The notes beneath the pieces were generated by a model. The model did not search any database and had not been told where the DNA came from. It was given only the letters and a program-made list of their open reading frames with translations. A stretch of DNA of 44,165 bases, taken from the IMG/VR virus record IMGVR_UViG_3300015050_000809, positions 1 to 44,165 of that record; one strand, given 5' to 3'. Shown piece by piece: positions 18,935-26,050 of this stretch. The translations under genes and the position numbers were made by a program. The number at the start of each line of letters is the position of its first letter. Within the stretch, counting starts at the first letter, position 1. This DNA comes from a virus (lineage: Duplodnaviria > Caudoviricetes).

Positions 18935-19351
18935 TTGGCTGAGAACGATCCAAGCACACAGGAACCCCCTCTGCATATGGGGCGCAAGGGCCGCCGGCCG
19001 ACCAACGACACGATTCTGCTCAATATCTTTGAGCGGCTTGGCACGGTCGAAACCCAGAACAAGCAGATCCTGGCCAACGAGAACCGCGCCGCCGACGGCC
19101 GCCAGAAGATGTATGAAGCTCAAGACGCCATCCGGGGCGACGTTCGTGACGTCAAGCACAAACTAGATGCCGTCACCAGCCGCGTCACGTCGATGGAGCC
19201 GGACGTCACCAAGATGAAGGGTTTCCGCGCGCAGCTTGCAATCGCCGTATTTTTCGTGACGTCCGTGGTGTCAGGCGGCATTCAACTCGGGTGGTACGGT
19301 TTCACGCACGCGACAGAGATAAGGGCGGCGATCAGGGAGTTCCTGAAATGA
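18935..19351 (+). CDS. Coiled-coil protein with C-terminal TM segment (lysis module)
   Basis: SD AAGGAGG before TTG; LAIAVFFVTSVVSGGIQLGWYG. Confidence 0.65.
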   Translation: MAENDPSTQEPPLHMGRKGRRPTNDTILLNIFERLGTVETQNKQILANENRAADGRQKMYEAQDAIRGDVRDVKHKLDAVTSRVTSMEPDVTKMKGFRAQLAIAVFFVTSVVSGGIQLGWYGFTHATEIRAAIREFLK

Positions 19352-19719
19352 TCGGCCGAGTGATCGCGCTGCTCATCATCACCGCGGCGCCGGCCCTCGC
19401 ACAGGACACTGAACGCGAACGGCTCAAGGCATGGTATCGCTCACTGATGCAGCCGGACAACCCCGGCATCTCATGCTGCGGCGAGGCGGACGGATATATT
19501 GCCGATAAGGCAGAAGTGGTTGACGGCCAGGTCTATGCGATCATCACCGACACGCGGCCCGACGAACCGCTTGGCCGCCGGCATATCCCACCGGGAACGC
19601 GCTATCTCGTCCCGCCGCACAAGATCACATGGAAGCATGGCAACCCGACCGGCCATACCGTGATCTTCATTAGCGCGGCCGATCAGGTGCTCTGCTACGT
19701 ACAGAGCGGCGGCGTCTAG
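19348..19719 (+). CDS. Secreted Cys-containing hypothetical protein
   Basis: Signal peptide MIGRVIALLIITAAPALA; SCCGEAD, GNPTGH and VLCY motifs. Confidence 0.7.
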   Translation: MIGRVIALLIITAAPALAQDTERERLKAWYRSLMQPDNPGISCCGEADGYIADKAEVVDGQVYAIITDTRPDEPLGRRHIPPGTRYLVPPHKITWKHGNPTGHTVIFISAADQVLCYVQSGGV

Positions 19720-19732
19720 CGGTCATGTGATG

Positions 19733-19972
19733 TTACCGAGCATAAAGCTCGAACGCATTGTCGTGCAGGATTGAGGCAAAGGGCTCGCCCAGCGGCTCTT
19801 GAGAATTGAAAAAGTCGCTCATCTTCTGTGCTCTTCGATCAGCCACATCCAGCCATTCTTGTGCCCAGTATTGGTTAGACCAGCGGCCTTCTGCCTTGCG
19901 CCATTTCCGTTCCAGCTCTGCGTCAGTTTGCCGAGCTATCAAACGCTTATGCAGTTCAGGATTTTCCGCCAT
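19733..19972 (-). CDS. Hypothetical protein
   Basis: SD GGAGG before ATG 19972 (MAENPELH). Confidence 0.65.
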   Translation of the reverse strand: MAENPELHKRLIARQTDAELERKWRKAEGRWSNQYWAQEWLDVADRRAQKMSDFFNSQEPLGEPFASILHDNAFELYAR

Positions 19973-20207
19973 CTCGGCCTCCATACTGCTGATATGCGCG
20001 AGACGCCCGGTAGAAGTCTTCCGCCACAAGGCCATCGTCGGTGTCCGTCCAAATCGGATCGTCTGGCAGACACTTAAATCGGGAGCCAAGTTCGGCAAAC
20101 GGCTTTAGTGCCGCCCTCAACCGGATAACCTCGGTGACAAGAGCGGCTGTCGTCTCGATGTTAACCGGCACTATGCCGCCCGGTCGGGTCAGTTCCGCGA
20201 TGTCCAT
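19956..20207 (-). CDS. Hypothetical protein
   Basis: 83 aa with RLRAALKPFA motif common in rhizobial phage early ORFs. Confidence 0.65.
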   Translation of the reverse strand: MDIAELTRPGGIVPVNIETTAALVTEVIRLRAALKPFAELGSRFKCLPDDPIWTDTDDGLVAEDFYRASRAYQQYGGRDGGKS

Positions 20208-20219
20208 GGCTTTCCCTAA

Positions 20220-20381
20220 CTACCTAAATGGGTGAATTGTTTTGTAGTTCGGCCAGCGGCCTTCAAGCTTAATCACGCGGCGCTTCGCAATGATCCAGCC
20301 TTGGTCGAAGATGCCAAATTCCCACGGGCCGAGATACCAGAGCGGTTCATCGTAGCCGATATAGACACCTAGTATTTTCAT
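20220..20381 (-). CDS. Hypothetical protein (53 aa)
   Basis: SD GGAGG before ATG. Confidence 0.6.
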   Translation of the reverse strand: MKILGVYIGYDEPLWYLGPWEFGIFDQGWIIAKRRVIKLEGRWPNYKTIHPFR

Positions 20382-20408
20382 TTCAGCCTCCATACGACAC
20401 GTATGCAA

Positions 20409-20669
20409 TTATTCCGCAATCTGCGCCGGCGGCTCCGGCAGCGGCATCCAGCAAATTAATTTGCACGGCCACGGGCCTTCTTCGGGGTCATCGTTCGCAT
20501 CCCACTGCGACCAAATATCAATCCATTTGACGATGCCGACCACAGCCGTCCCCTGAAGGCCGATATCACCATACGCAAGGATGCGCGAACCGTCCTTTGG
20601 AGCCGTCTCCATCGGGCGCCATAGCAGCCGGTCGGCAAGCTCTTTTAGTTCGTCCAATTCAGCCTCCAT
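20409..20669 (-). CDS. DUF551-like protein
   Basis: WRPMETAPKDG...WMPLPEPP; true start may be TTG 20657. Confidence 0.75.
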   Translation of the reverse strand: MEAELDELKELADRLLWRPMETAPKDGSRILAYGDIGLQGTAVVGIVKWIDIWSQWDANDDPEEGPWPCKLICWMPLPEPPAQIAE

Positions 20670-20687
20670 ACTAGCCAAATGGGTGCA

Positions 20688-20894
20688 TCAGCGCGGCAAC
20701 TGCGCCACGAAATCGTTCCAAAGCCCCTTGGACCCGATGAAGCCATCTCGTGACATCAGGTTCAGTTCAAGGCGCTCTATCGTCTCGATAGCCTCCTTGA
20801 TGAGCTTGCCAGAATAATAGTGGCTACGCTCGACGGTCGCCTGACGATGCAGGTCGCGAAGGTCATCGAGAAGCTTCTTGGTGTCTGGGTCCAT
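20688..20894 (-). CDS. Hypothetical protein
   Basis: 68 aa, SD AAGGAG. Confidence 0.7.
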   Translation of the reverse strand: MDPDTKKLLDDLRDLHRQATVERSHYYSGKLIKEAIETIERLELNLMSRDGFIGSKGLWNDFVAQLPR

Positions 20895-20927
20895 TTCAAT
20901 TCTCCTTAAGCGGCGGTATGGGCGAAT

Positions 20928-21200
20928 TTAGCGCGGCTCCCGGCCAGTGTAGTAAGCCGACCCGGTGCCGCTATAAGAGCCGGAACAGTCGCCAATAGGC
21001 TCAGGTGGCTTAGTGCGTCCGGTTGCGGCAATGATGGCATCGCCCATGCTGGCGACAAAGCCATGGCCTCCGCACTCAGTTATCTGCTTGGTCAGGGCCT
21101 CCTGAAATTCCCAGATTGTCAGATGACGCCTTGCCTCGATAAACAGGGCAAAGGCGTTCCTGATATTGGACGAAGCCGCGATTTTTTGATCTTCCGTCAT
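20928..21200 (-). CDS. Hypothetical protein
   Basis: 90 aa, SD AGGAG. Confidence 0.7.
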   Translation of the reverse strand: MTEDQKIAASSNIRNAFALFIEARRHLTIWEFQEALTKQITECGGHGFVASMGDAIIAATGRTKPPEPIGDCSGSYSGTGSAYYTGREPR

Positions 21201-21224
21201 TTCAGACTCCTGTGAGCATTCGCG

Positions 21225-21422
21225 TCATGTCCGATCATTCGGCTTGCTGACGATAAGCGCGAAGGCGCGCAGCACATCAGCAAGCTCGTTGGCCTGTTCC
21301 GGTGTGAAGCGCATGTTTGAGCCGCAATCGTCTGTGTCCAAATATAGATTGATGCTGCCGTGATCGTCGCTGACGTGAGCCACCTGACGGCTAAGCAGTC
21401 CCTTAATTTCTCTCGTTATCAT
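21225..21422 (-). CDS. Hypothetical protein
   Basis: MITREIKG..., 65 aa, purine-rich RBS. Confidence 0.6.
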   Translation of the reverse strand: MITREIKGLLSRQVAHVSDDHGSINLYLDTDDCGSNMRFTPEQANELADVLRAFALIVSKPNDRT

Positions 21423-21436
21423 TCGCCCATACCCCT

Positions 21437-21613
21437 CTAATGGCGTGTGCCATCGATGACGACCTTGCAAACCTGATCGTCAGGAAGAAGGTCAACGACT
21501 TGGCCGCCAAATCTCGATACCGTGTAAGTCTTGTCGGCTGCGGAGATAACTTCGACGCTCTCGTAACCGCCGAAGTATCTTGTCGTCACAACTGATCCTG
21601 CTTTGAGCATCAT
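21437..21613 (-). CDS. Hypothetical protein (58 aa, not in the ORF track)
   Basis: MMLKAGSVVTTRYFGGYESVEV...GTRH fills the gap exactly. Confidence 0.6.
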   Translation of the reverse strand: MMLKAGSVVTTRYFGGYESVEVISAADKTYTVSRFGGQVVDLLPDDQVCKVVIDGTRH

Positions 21614-21625
21614 CGGATACCACCC

Positions 21626-21949
21626 CTATCCGTTGACCACTTCGGGGAAGTCCTGGTGGTGCGTGTAGTGTTGGAGCCTCAGTCGCTTTTCGCGTGATCG
21701 TCTGTGAACGTCCGCGCCGTTGAAGTCGCCAAGCTCGGCCATCAAGTCCATGACGCAATGAACGTCGCCAAGCTCTTTGACGAGCATCGCGCGGTTGTCC
21801 GGCCCGTTGGGGTCGTCGGGATGATACGAGCGGTAGCCGTGGCGCAGAATCTTGCCGATGATTTGGACGGCCTCGCCGCATTCTTCGGCTAGGATGGCCA
21901 ACCGCTCGGCTTCTGCCGGCGTCAGTCCGTTGAAGTGTCGGTTGCTCAT
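21626..21949 (-). CDS. MazG-like nucleotide pyrophosphohydrolase
   Basis: LAEECGEAVQ..GK..RHG and ELGDV acidic motifs. Confidence 0.75.
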   Translation of the reverse strand: MSNRHFNGLTPAEAERLAILAEECGEAVQIIGKILRHGYRSYHPDDPNGPDNRAMLVKELGDVHCVMDLMAELGDFNGADVHRRSREKRLRLQHYTHHQDFPEVVNG

Positions 21950-21965
21950 AATTCCATACCTCTCC

Positions 21966-22241
21966 TTATTGAACATCGCCAAGGCCGAGGATTACCCATC
22001 CCGCCTCGACGCCAAACCGTCCACCGGTCATGACGTAGGTGATGCGCTTCCTGAGTTCTTGGAAGCCAAAGCGCGCTCCAGGAGGGCTGACGTATCGCTG
22101 GTGCTCGTGGTCAAACTTTTGAAGAACCAGAATGTCACCCTTCTGGTATCCACGATCGTCAAACCGTGCCTCGAATGTCTTTTCTCCCGATGCAATCGCG
22201 TCGAAGTAATTGCACCAGCATTTCAATCTATGTTCGACCAA
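21966..22241 (-). CDS. ASCH/DUF3850 domain protein
   Basis: H.LK....YFDAI.SGEKTFE.R.DDRGYQ.GD.L.L. Confidence 0.85.
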   Translation of the reverse strand: MVEHRLKCWCNYFDAIASGEKTFEARFDDRGYQKGDILVLQKFDHEHQRYVSPPGARFGFQELRKRITYVMTGGRFGVEAGWVILGLGDVQ

Positions 22242-22285
22242 GATTCTCTCCTGTTGTCGTGAGCATTCGGCCCATTAAGGCGAAT

Positions 22286-22585
22286 TTAACGGCAGATCGG
22301 CACGCGCTTGCGCCAAACGTCCTTTTGAGACTCGGACAATTCTGACCACGCTGCGAAGCGGTTGGAGTGGATGGTCGGATGGTTGTCGGCGTCGTGTTCA
22401 TAGGCGAGCCGCGCGCCAGCATCAGCGTCATCAGCCTGTATGATTGGCGCTGTCGCGCGACGACCGTCAGCAATCGCCTGCGCGATGTCATGGATAAACG
22501 CATCGAAGTCATCGAAATGCTCTAGGCCAGCGCGCTCACCGAGTGCCTTGGCGTCGTCCATATCGCGTTTCGTTACCAGTTCCAT
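22286..22585 (-). CDS. Hypothetical protein
   Basis: 99 aa, SD AAGGAG; WSELSESQK..W motif. Confidence 0.7.
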   Translation of the reverse strand: MELVTKRDMDDAKALGERAGLEHFDDFDAFIHDIAQAIADGRRATAPIIQADDADAGARLAYEHDADNHPTIHSNRFAAWSELSESQKDVWRKRVPICR

Positions 22586-22596
22586 CGAAATTCTCC

Positions 22597-22827
22597 TTAA
22601 CCGTTCTTGACCGCACGTACCGTCTCGATCCGCACCTTTTCGATACTGACGCCCTGCTTGCGAATATCAGCCCACGTCTGCCGGACGCCATCGTGACGTG
22701 GCCAATTATCGACAACGGCATCCTTGACCTGGTTGGCCTGCGCCCGTGCGGACCACGTCATGATGTAGGGGGTGCGACCGTTGTGGTTGATCGCAACAAA
22801 GCCGGGCGTCGTCACTTTTGCAGCCAT
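22597..22827 (-). CDS. Hypothetical protein
   Basis: MAAKVTTPGFVAI, SD AAGGAG. Confidence 0.7.
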   Translation of the reverse strand: MAAKVTTPGFVAINHNGRTPYIMTWSARAQANQVKDAVVDNWPRHDGVRQTWADIRKQGVSIEKVRIETVRAVKNG

Positions 22828-22858
22828 TCGATTTCTCCTTATGCATGATGACCGCGAA

Positions 22859-23035
22859 TTATCGCGCCTCGATCTCATCGCGGATGCTTTTGATCGTGCG
22901 CTCGATGCTCGGTAGCCAGTCGGCAGCGCGGGCCATGTGTTCTTCATTTCCCGAAGCGCGAGTCATGCAGGCAAGCGCGTGAACGCTCAGTAGTTGCTCT
23001 ATGGCGACTTTCGCGAGGGTTGATACGGTCTCCAT
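22859..23035 (-). CDS. Hypothetical protein (58 aa, not in the ORF track)
   Basis: METVSTLAKVAIEQ...IEAR, SD AAGGAG. Confidence 0.65.
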   Translation of the reverse strand: METVSTLAKVAIEQLLSVHALACMTRASGNEEHMARAADWLPSIERTIKSIRDEIEAR

Positions 23036-23063
23036 TCGATTGCTCCTTCATGACGTCCGCGAA

Positions 23064-23216
23064 TTATGTTTTTCCGGGCTCTTTATCCTTCAGGCATTTG
23101 TCGATGGCACTTGCCAGAGCGTAGGTGTTTCTGAACTCCGGGTGCTTGAGGCCGGTGTTGGGTATCTGGTTGAGCGCAAATAATGCGGCTCGCAAAAGCC
23201 TTTCGGTTTCATTCAT
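23064..23216 (-). CDS. Hypothetical protein (50 aa, not in the ORF track)
   Basis: MNETERLLRAALFALNQIPN; ATGA overlap with the MTase stop. Confidence 0.6.
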   Translation of the reverse strand: MNETERLLRAALFALNQIPNTGLKHPEFRNTYALASAIDKCLKDKEPGKT

Positions 23217-23737
23217 AGAAGCGTTCCCTTTCTTTCTGCGACACAGATCGTATCGTTGTGGCCGCCGCCATGATTGACGAGGGCGACCTCGATCATTTCG
23301 TAGCCTCGCCCTTTGCCCATGCCGGCTGACTGCCAGCCGAACGAGAGGACGATCCCGCCGGGGGCGATAATCTCGTCCAGCGCATCGCGGACCCTCTTGT
23401 ACAGCCTGCCGTTTTGGGTTTCTTCCATCCCGACTTTCAGGCCCACAGCCTTATAACACTCGGAGATTTGCCTCGGTGAATAAGGCGGGTCAAAAATCCC
23501 GAGGTCGGCAATCACGCCGTCAGCCTTCAGTTTCTCAAGATAGGCCCCAGCGTCCATGTGATGCTGCGCCGAAGTCTGCGGGTTGAGGTCGTTCGTATGG
23601 GTGAACCACGTTTTATTGCGAGCAAACGGGTCTACGCTGACGGTGGCGCTAGCCAGGTAGCGCTGCACAAACGCTCCGATGGGGGCGACTGTGAACGTCT
23701 CCGAGTTCGGCATCGCAAATACGCGGGTCATCTTCAT
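23213..23737 (-). CDS. Small adenine-specific DNA methyltransferase
   Basis: VDPFA SAM-binding motif and FDPPYS catalytic motif. Confidence 0.8.
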   Translation of the reverse strand: MKMTRVFAMPNSETFTVAPIGAFVQRYLASATVSVDPFARNKTWFTHTNDLNPQTSAQHHMDAGAYLEKLKADGVIADLGIFDPPYSPRQISECYKAVGLKVGMEETQNGRLYKRVRDALDEIIAPGGIVLSFGWQSAGMGKGRGYEMIEVALVNHGGGHNDTICVAERKGTLL

Positions 23738-23775
23738 TGTCGGTTTCCAAATTCGCCCATATTGGCAGTCACCGC

Positions 23776-23976
23776 TTATCTAGCGTCTCGCAGCGCCAGG
23801 TACGCCTCGACCGCCGGTCGAAAGCGGGCACCCTTTGGCCACGTCGCCTTGTCCTTTTGCGTCTTAGTATCGGCGTCGAGGTCTGCGATAACCTGCTCAT
23901 AGTCAGGCCGGGTGATCGTGATTTCCTCGTCGTAGATGAACATGCCCGTTGACCCGATTTGCTCTTTTTTAACCAT
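23776..23976 (-). CDS. Hypothetical protein
   Basis: SD AGGAGG before ATG 23976. Confidence 0.7.
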   Translation of the reverse strand: MVKKEQIGSTGMFIYDEEITITRPDYEQVIADLDADTKTQKDKATWPKGARFRPAVEAYLALRDAR

Positions 23977-23988
23977 TTCACCCTCCTG

Positions 23989-24057
23989 TAAGTCCTTGAT
24001 TTTGGCTGATTCAACGCAAATCAATAAAGTGTTGGACCAAGCAATATCAATGGGTTA
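23989..24057. other. Candidate att site: TGATT-N7-AATCA core flanked by two IHF consensus boxes
   Basis: WATCAANNNNTTR matches at 23989-24001 (minus) and 24045-24057 (plus); core 24007-24023; AT-rich, immediately 3' of the integrase. Confidence 0.55.
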
Positions 24058-24993
24058 CTTGCCAACCTTTTGAAGTGTTTGTTTTGGCTGTTCTCGTGGC
24101 GTTCTTTGCATGAAATGGACGGCCGCCAGAGCGCGCTCGGTTTTGTCAGCCAGCCGCGAATATCGCGCGACCATCGGCTCCGAAAGGCCGACCATGTCGC
24201 AGATGTTCATGACGCTGGCGCCGGCCTTGCGGAGGCGCACGATCGCAGTCGCACGCAGCCCGTGAAGCACCAGGCCGGCCGCCTTCAGCTCGGCCAGCGC
24301 CTCGTTATTGTCGCGCTCGTGGTTCCAGTGCCATGACAGCAGTTCGCGGGTGTAGGGCCTGCCGTTCGGCTTCAGGACATAGGGGCCTGGCTTCTTCTCC
24401 CATCCCTTCATGGCCTCGATCAGATCAGGGGTGAACGGAACCCACAGGCGAACCCCCGTCTTTTTCTGGATCACATTGATGCCGGGGTGGCCGTGGTTGA
24501 CCTCGATGTCGCTCGGGCACATGCGGACGACGTCGCTGCCGCGCTGGCCGGTGTTGACTGCAAGGGTGATGACGCGCGCCAGATCAGGCCGGGCATACTT
24601 TTCGGCCAGTTGCACCTGATCGTCAGTCCAAGGCTCATGCCCGCCATCGCTCTTGACCACTTCGGTTCCGGTCATGAACGGATATGGAACGCGGTCACGC
24701 ACCAATGCCCATCGCTCCACCGAGCAAAGCGCCGTTCGCGCGATCGTCTGCTTACCCGGCGTCTCTGCGAGTTGGTCCAAGAATATCTGCACCAAGGCAG
24801 GGCGGATTGTCTGGACGTTGTAGGCGCCGAGCGCGCCTTCCCGCTGTGCCAGATCAAGAACGCTGAGATAGTTGCGTTTGGTCGAGGGCGCCAAACTCGT
24901 GTACGAATCTGATTTTTTATAGGCGCTAATAACTGCCGCGAAGCTTCCCGGCATGACTAGCGCAGTTCGGCTCCTAGTTTTCATGGATAGCAT
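24055..24993 (-). CDS. int: Tyrosine recombinase/integrase
   Basis: TGQR.SD, QKKTG, HGLR and MVARY catalytic motifs; 312 aa with no evident N-terminal arm-binding domain. Confidence 0.92.
   Translation of the reverse strand: MLSMKTRSRTALVMPGSFAAVISAYKKSDSYTSLAPSTKRNYLSVLDLAQREGALGAYNVQTIRPALVQIFLDQLAETPGKQTIARTALCSVERWALVRDRVPYPFMTGTEVVKSDGGHEPWTDDQVQLAEKYARPDLARVITLAVNTGQRGSDVVRMCPSDIEVNHGHPGINVIQKKTGVRLWVPFTPDLIEAMKGWEKKPGPYVLKPNGRPYTRELLSWHWNHERDNNEALAELKAAGLVLHGLRATAIVRLRKAGASVMNICDMVGLSEPMVARYSRLADKTERALAAVHFMQRTPREQPKQTLQKVGK
24090..24104. promoter_or_regulatory. Alphaproteobacterial LexA (SOS) box inside the integrase 3' end
   Basis: GTTC-TCGTGGC-GTTC, exact GTTC-N7-GTTC. Confidence 0.5.
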
Positions 24994-25231
24994 GGCGCAT
25001 CCTTTCTGCTGTGTTGTCCTGGGGGACTATACCCTCGTCGCCTTCCATCAGGCGGTCCACCTCAGACCATTTCCACATGCGTTTGCCCCCGCGCGGGCGG
25101 GCTGGCGGCAGGATTCCCTGCCGTACCCAGGTATCGAGCGTCGTCTCGCTGATGCACAGATGACGGCAGAGCGTCGGTGCATCTTGCCATGGGGGCGGGT
25201 AGGGCAATGTTTTCATGTTCAGTTGCACCAT
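24974..25231 (-). CDS. Excisionase / AlpA-like HTH
   Basis: LCRHLCISETTLDTWVRQGILP...KRMWKWSEV; overlaps the integrase start. Confidence 0.8.
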   Translation of the reverse strand: MVQLNMKTLPYPPPWQDAPTLCRHLCISETTLDTWVRQGILPPARPRGGKRMWKWSEVDRLMEGDEGIVPQDNTAERMRHAIHEN

Positions 25232-25232
25232 A

Positions 25233-25394
25233 TTAACGCGAATATCCCCACGTCACCGTGGCGGTAATTCCAAGGGCGCATAGCCAATAGAAGCTATCGA
25301 CCCATCCGCCGTGGACGCCCCAGCGCAGCACGTTCGCCGCGTAAAGGCCCATGATGACGTAGTTGAATATCTTGGGGTCCAAGAGGATGCTCAC
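25233..25394 (-). CDS. Small membrane protein (53 aa, not in the ORF track)
   Basis: GTG start overlapping the MTase stop; two hydrophobic segments (IFNYVIMGLYAANVL, FYWLCALGITATVTW). Confidence 0.6.
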   Translation of the reverse strand: MSILLDPKIFNYVIMGLYAANVLRWGVHGGWVDSFYWLCALGITATVTWGYSR

Positions 25395-26050
25395 AGCATG
25401 GCCTCCTGCTTGGCTGGCTTAGGACGCTCAATGAACATATCCGGCGCGTCTAGCGCTGCCTGGATGCGGCGGCAGGCGATGTCGAAGTACGTTTCATTCA
25501 ACTCTATGCCGGTGAATGAGCGTCCGAGCTTCGCAGCGGCAACGCCAGTTGTTCCGGAACCCATGAACGGGTCCAAAATGGTCCGTGCCGTGCCAATCTC
25601 GCGGAGAGTGAACATCATCACCGCAAGAGGTTTTTGAGTCGGGTGGCCTACGCGCTCGGGATTTGTCGAACTGATAGAGCAATTAATCTGCCGGGAATTT
25701 TGGTCAAGATTGGTCCAAGCAAGCTCAATGCTACCCATGCTCGGGGGAGCATCCGGCTTGAACCAAGACAGCCAACCGCGCGACGGCTCTAGCCCGTAAT
25801 AGTTACCGCCCCACACGACCTGCTTTCCGCCGTAACCCAAGATGCGGGGCAAATCGGCTACCACGTTATCATCCCACGCTTCTGCTTTGTGACCGGCTCG
25901 ACGTTGCCATTTGGTGGGTTGTCCTGCGAAGCCAATCCCATACGGAGGGTCCGTAACCACGGCGTCGAACTTTCCCAGCGTTGGCAAAATTTCGCGACAA
26001 TCCCCCAAGTAGAGGGTGACACCTTCGGCTATGGTTTCAATTCGGCTCAA
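25391..26050 (-). CDS. N6A/N4C DNA methyltransferase, beta class
   Basis: TDPPYG before HPTQKP and ILDPFMGSGTT; probable TTG start 26050. Confidence 0.9.
   Translation of the reverse strand: MSRIETIAEGVTLYLGDCREILPTLGKFDAVVTDPPYGIGFAGQPTKWQRRAGHKAEAWDDNVVADLPRILGYGGKQVVWGGNYYGLEPSRGWLSWFKPDAPPSMGSIELAWTNLDQNSRQINCSISSTNPERVGHPTQKPLAVMMFTLREIGTARTILDPFMGSGTTGVAAAKLGRSFTGIELNETYFDIACRRIQAALDAPDMFIERPKPAKQEAML

Larger units (their letters stand above)
19715..23779 (-). repeat. Array of about 15 degenerate 11+7+11 inverted-repeat sites, one per gene junction (candidate cassette recombination sites)
   Basis: Sites start at 19715, 19975, 20209, 20384, 20660, 20899, 21217, 21421, 21609, 21948, 22268, 22590, 22831, about 23038 (deleted variant) and 23751; half-site consensus ATTCGC(C/G)(C/G/T)WHA. 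Confidence 0.6.

Noticed and set aside
19715-23779. CRISPR array or classical integron attC array
   Set aside because: Repeats are degenerate, the intervening units are whole ORFs, and there are no RYYYAAC/GTTRRRY stem-loops
25274-25330. GGGCGCATAGC resembling a tRNA 5' end
   Set aside because: No cloverleaf or T-loop follows; it lies antisense within a small membrane-protein gene
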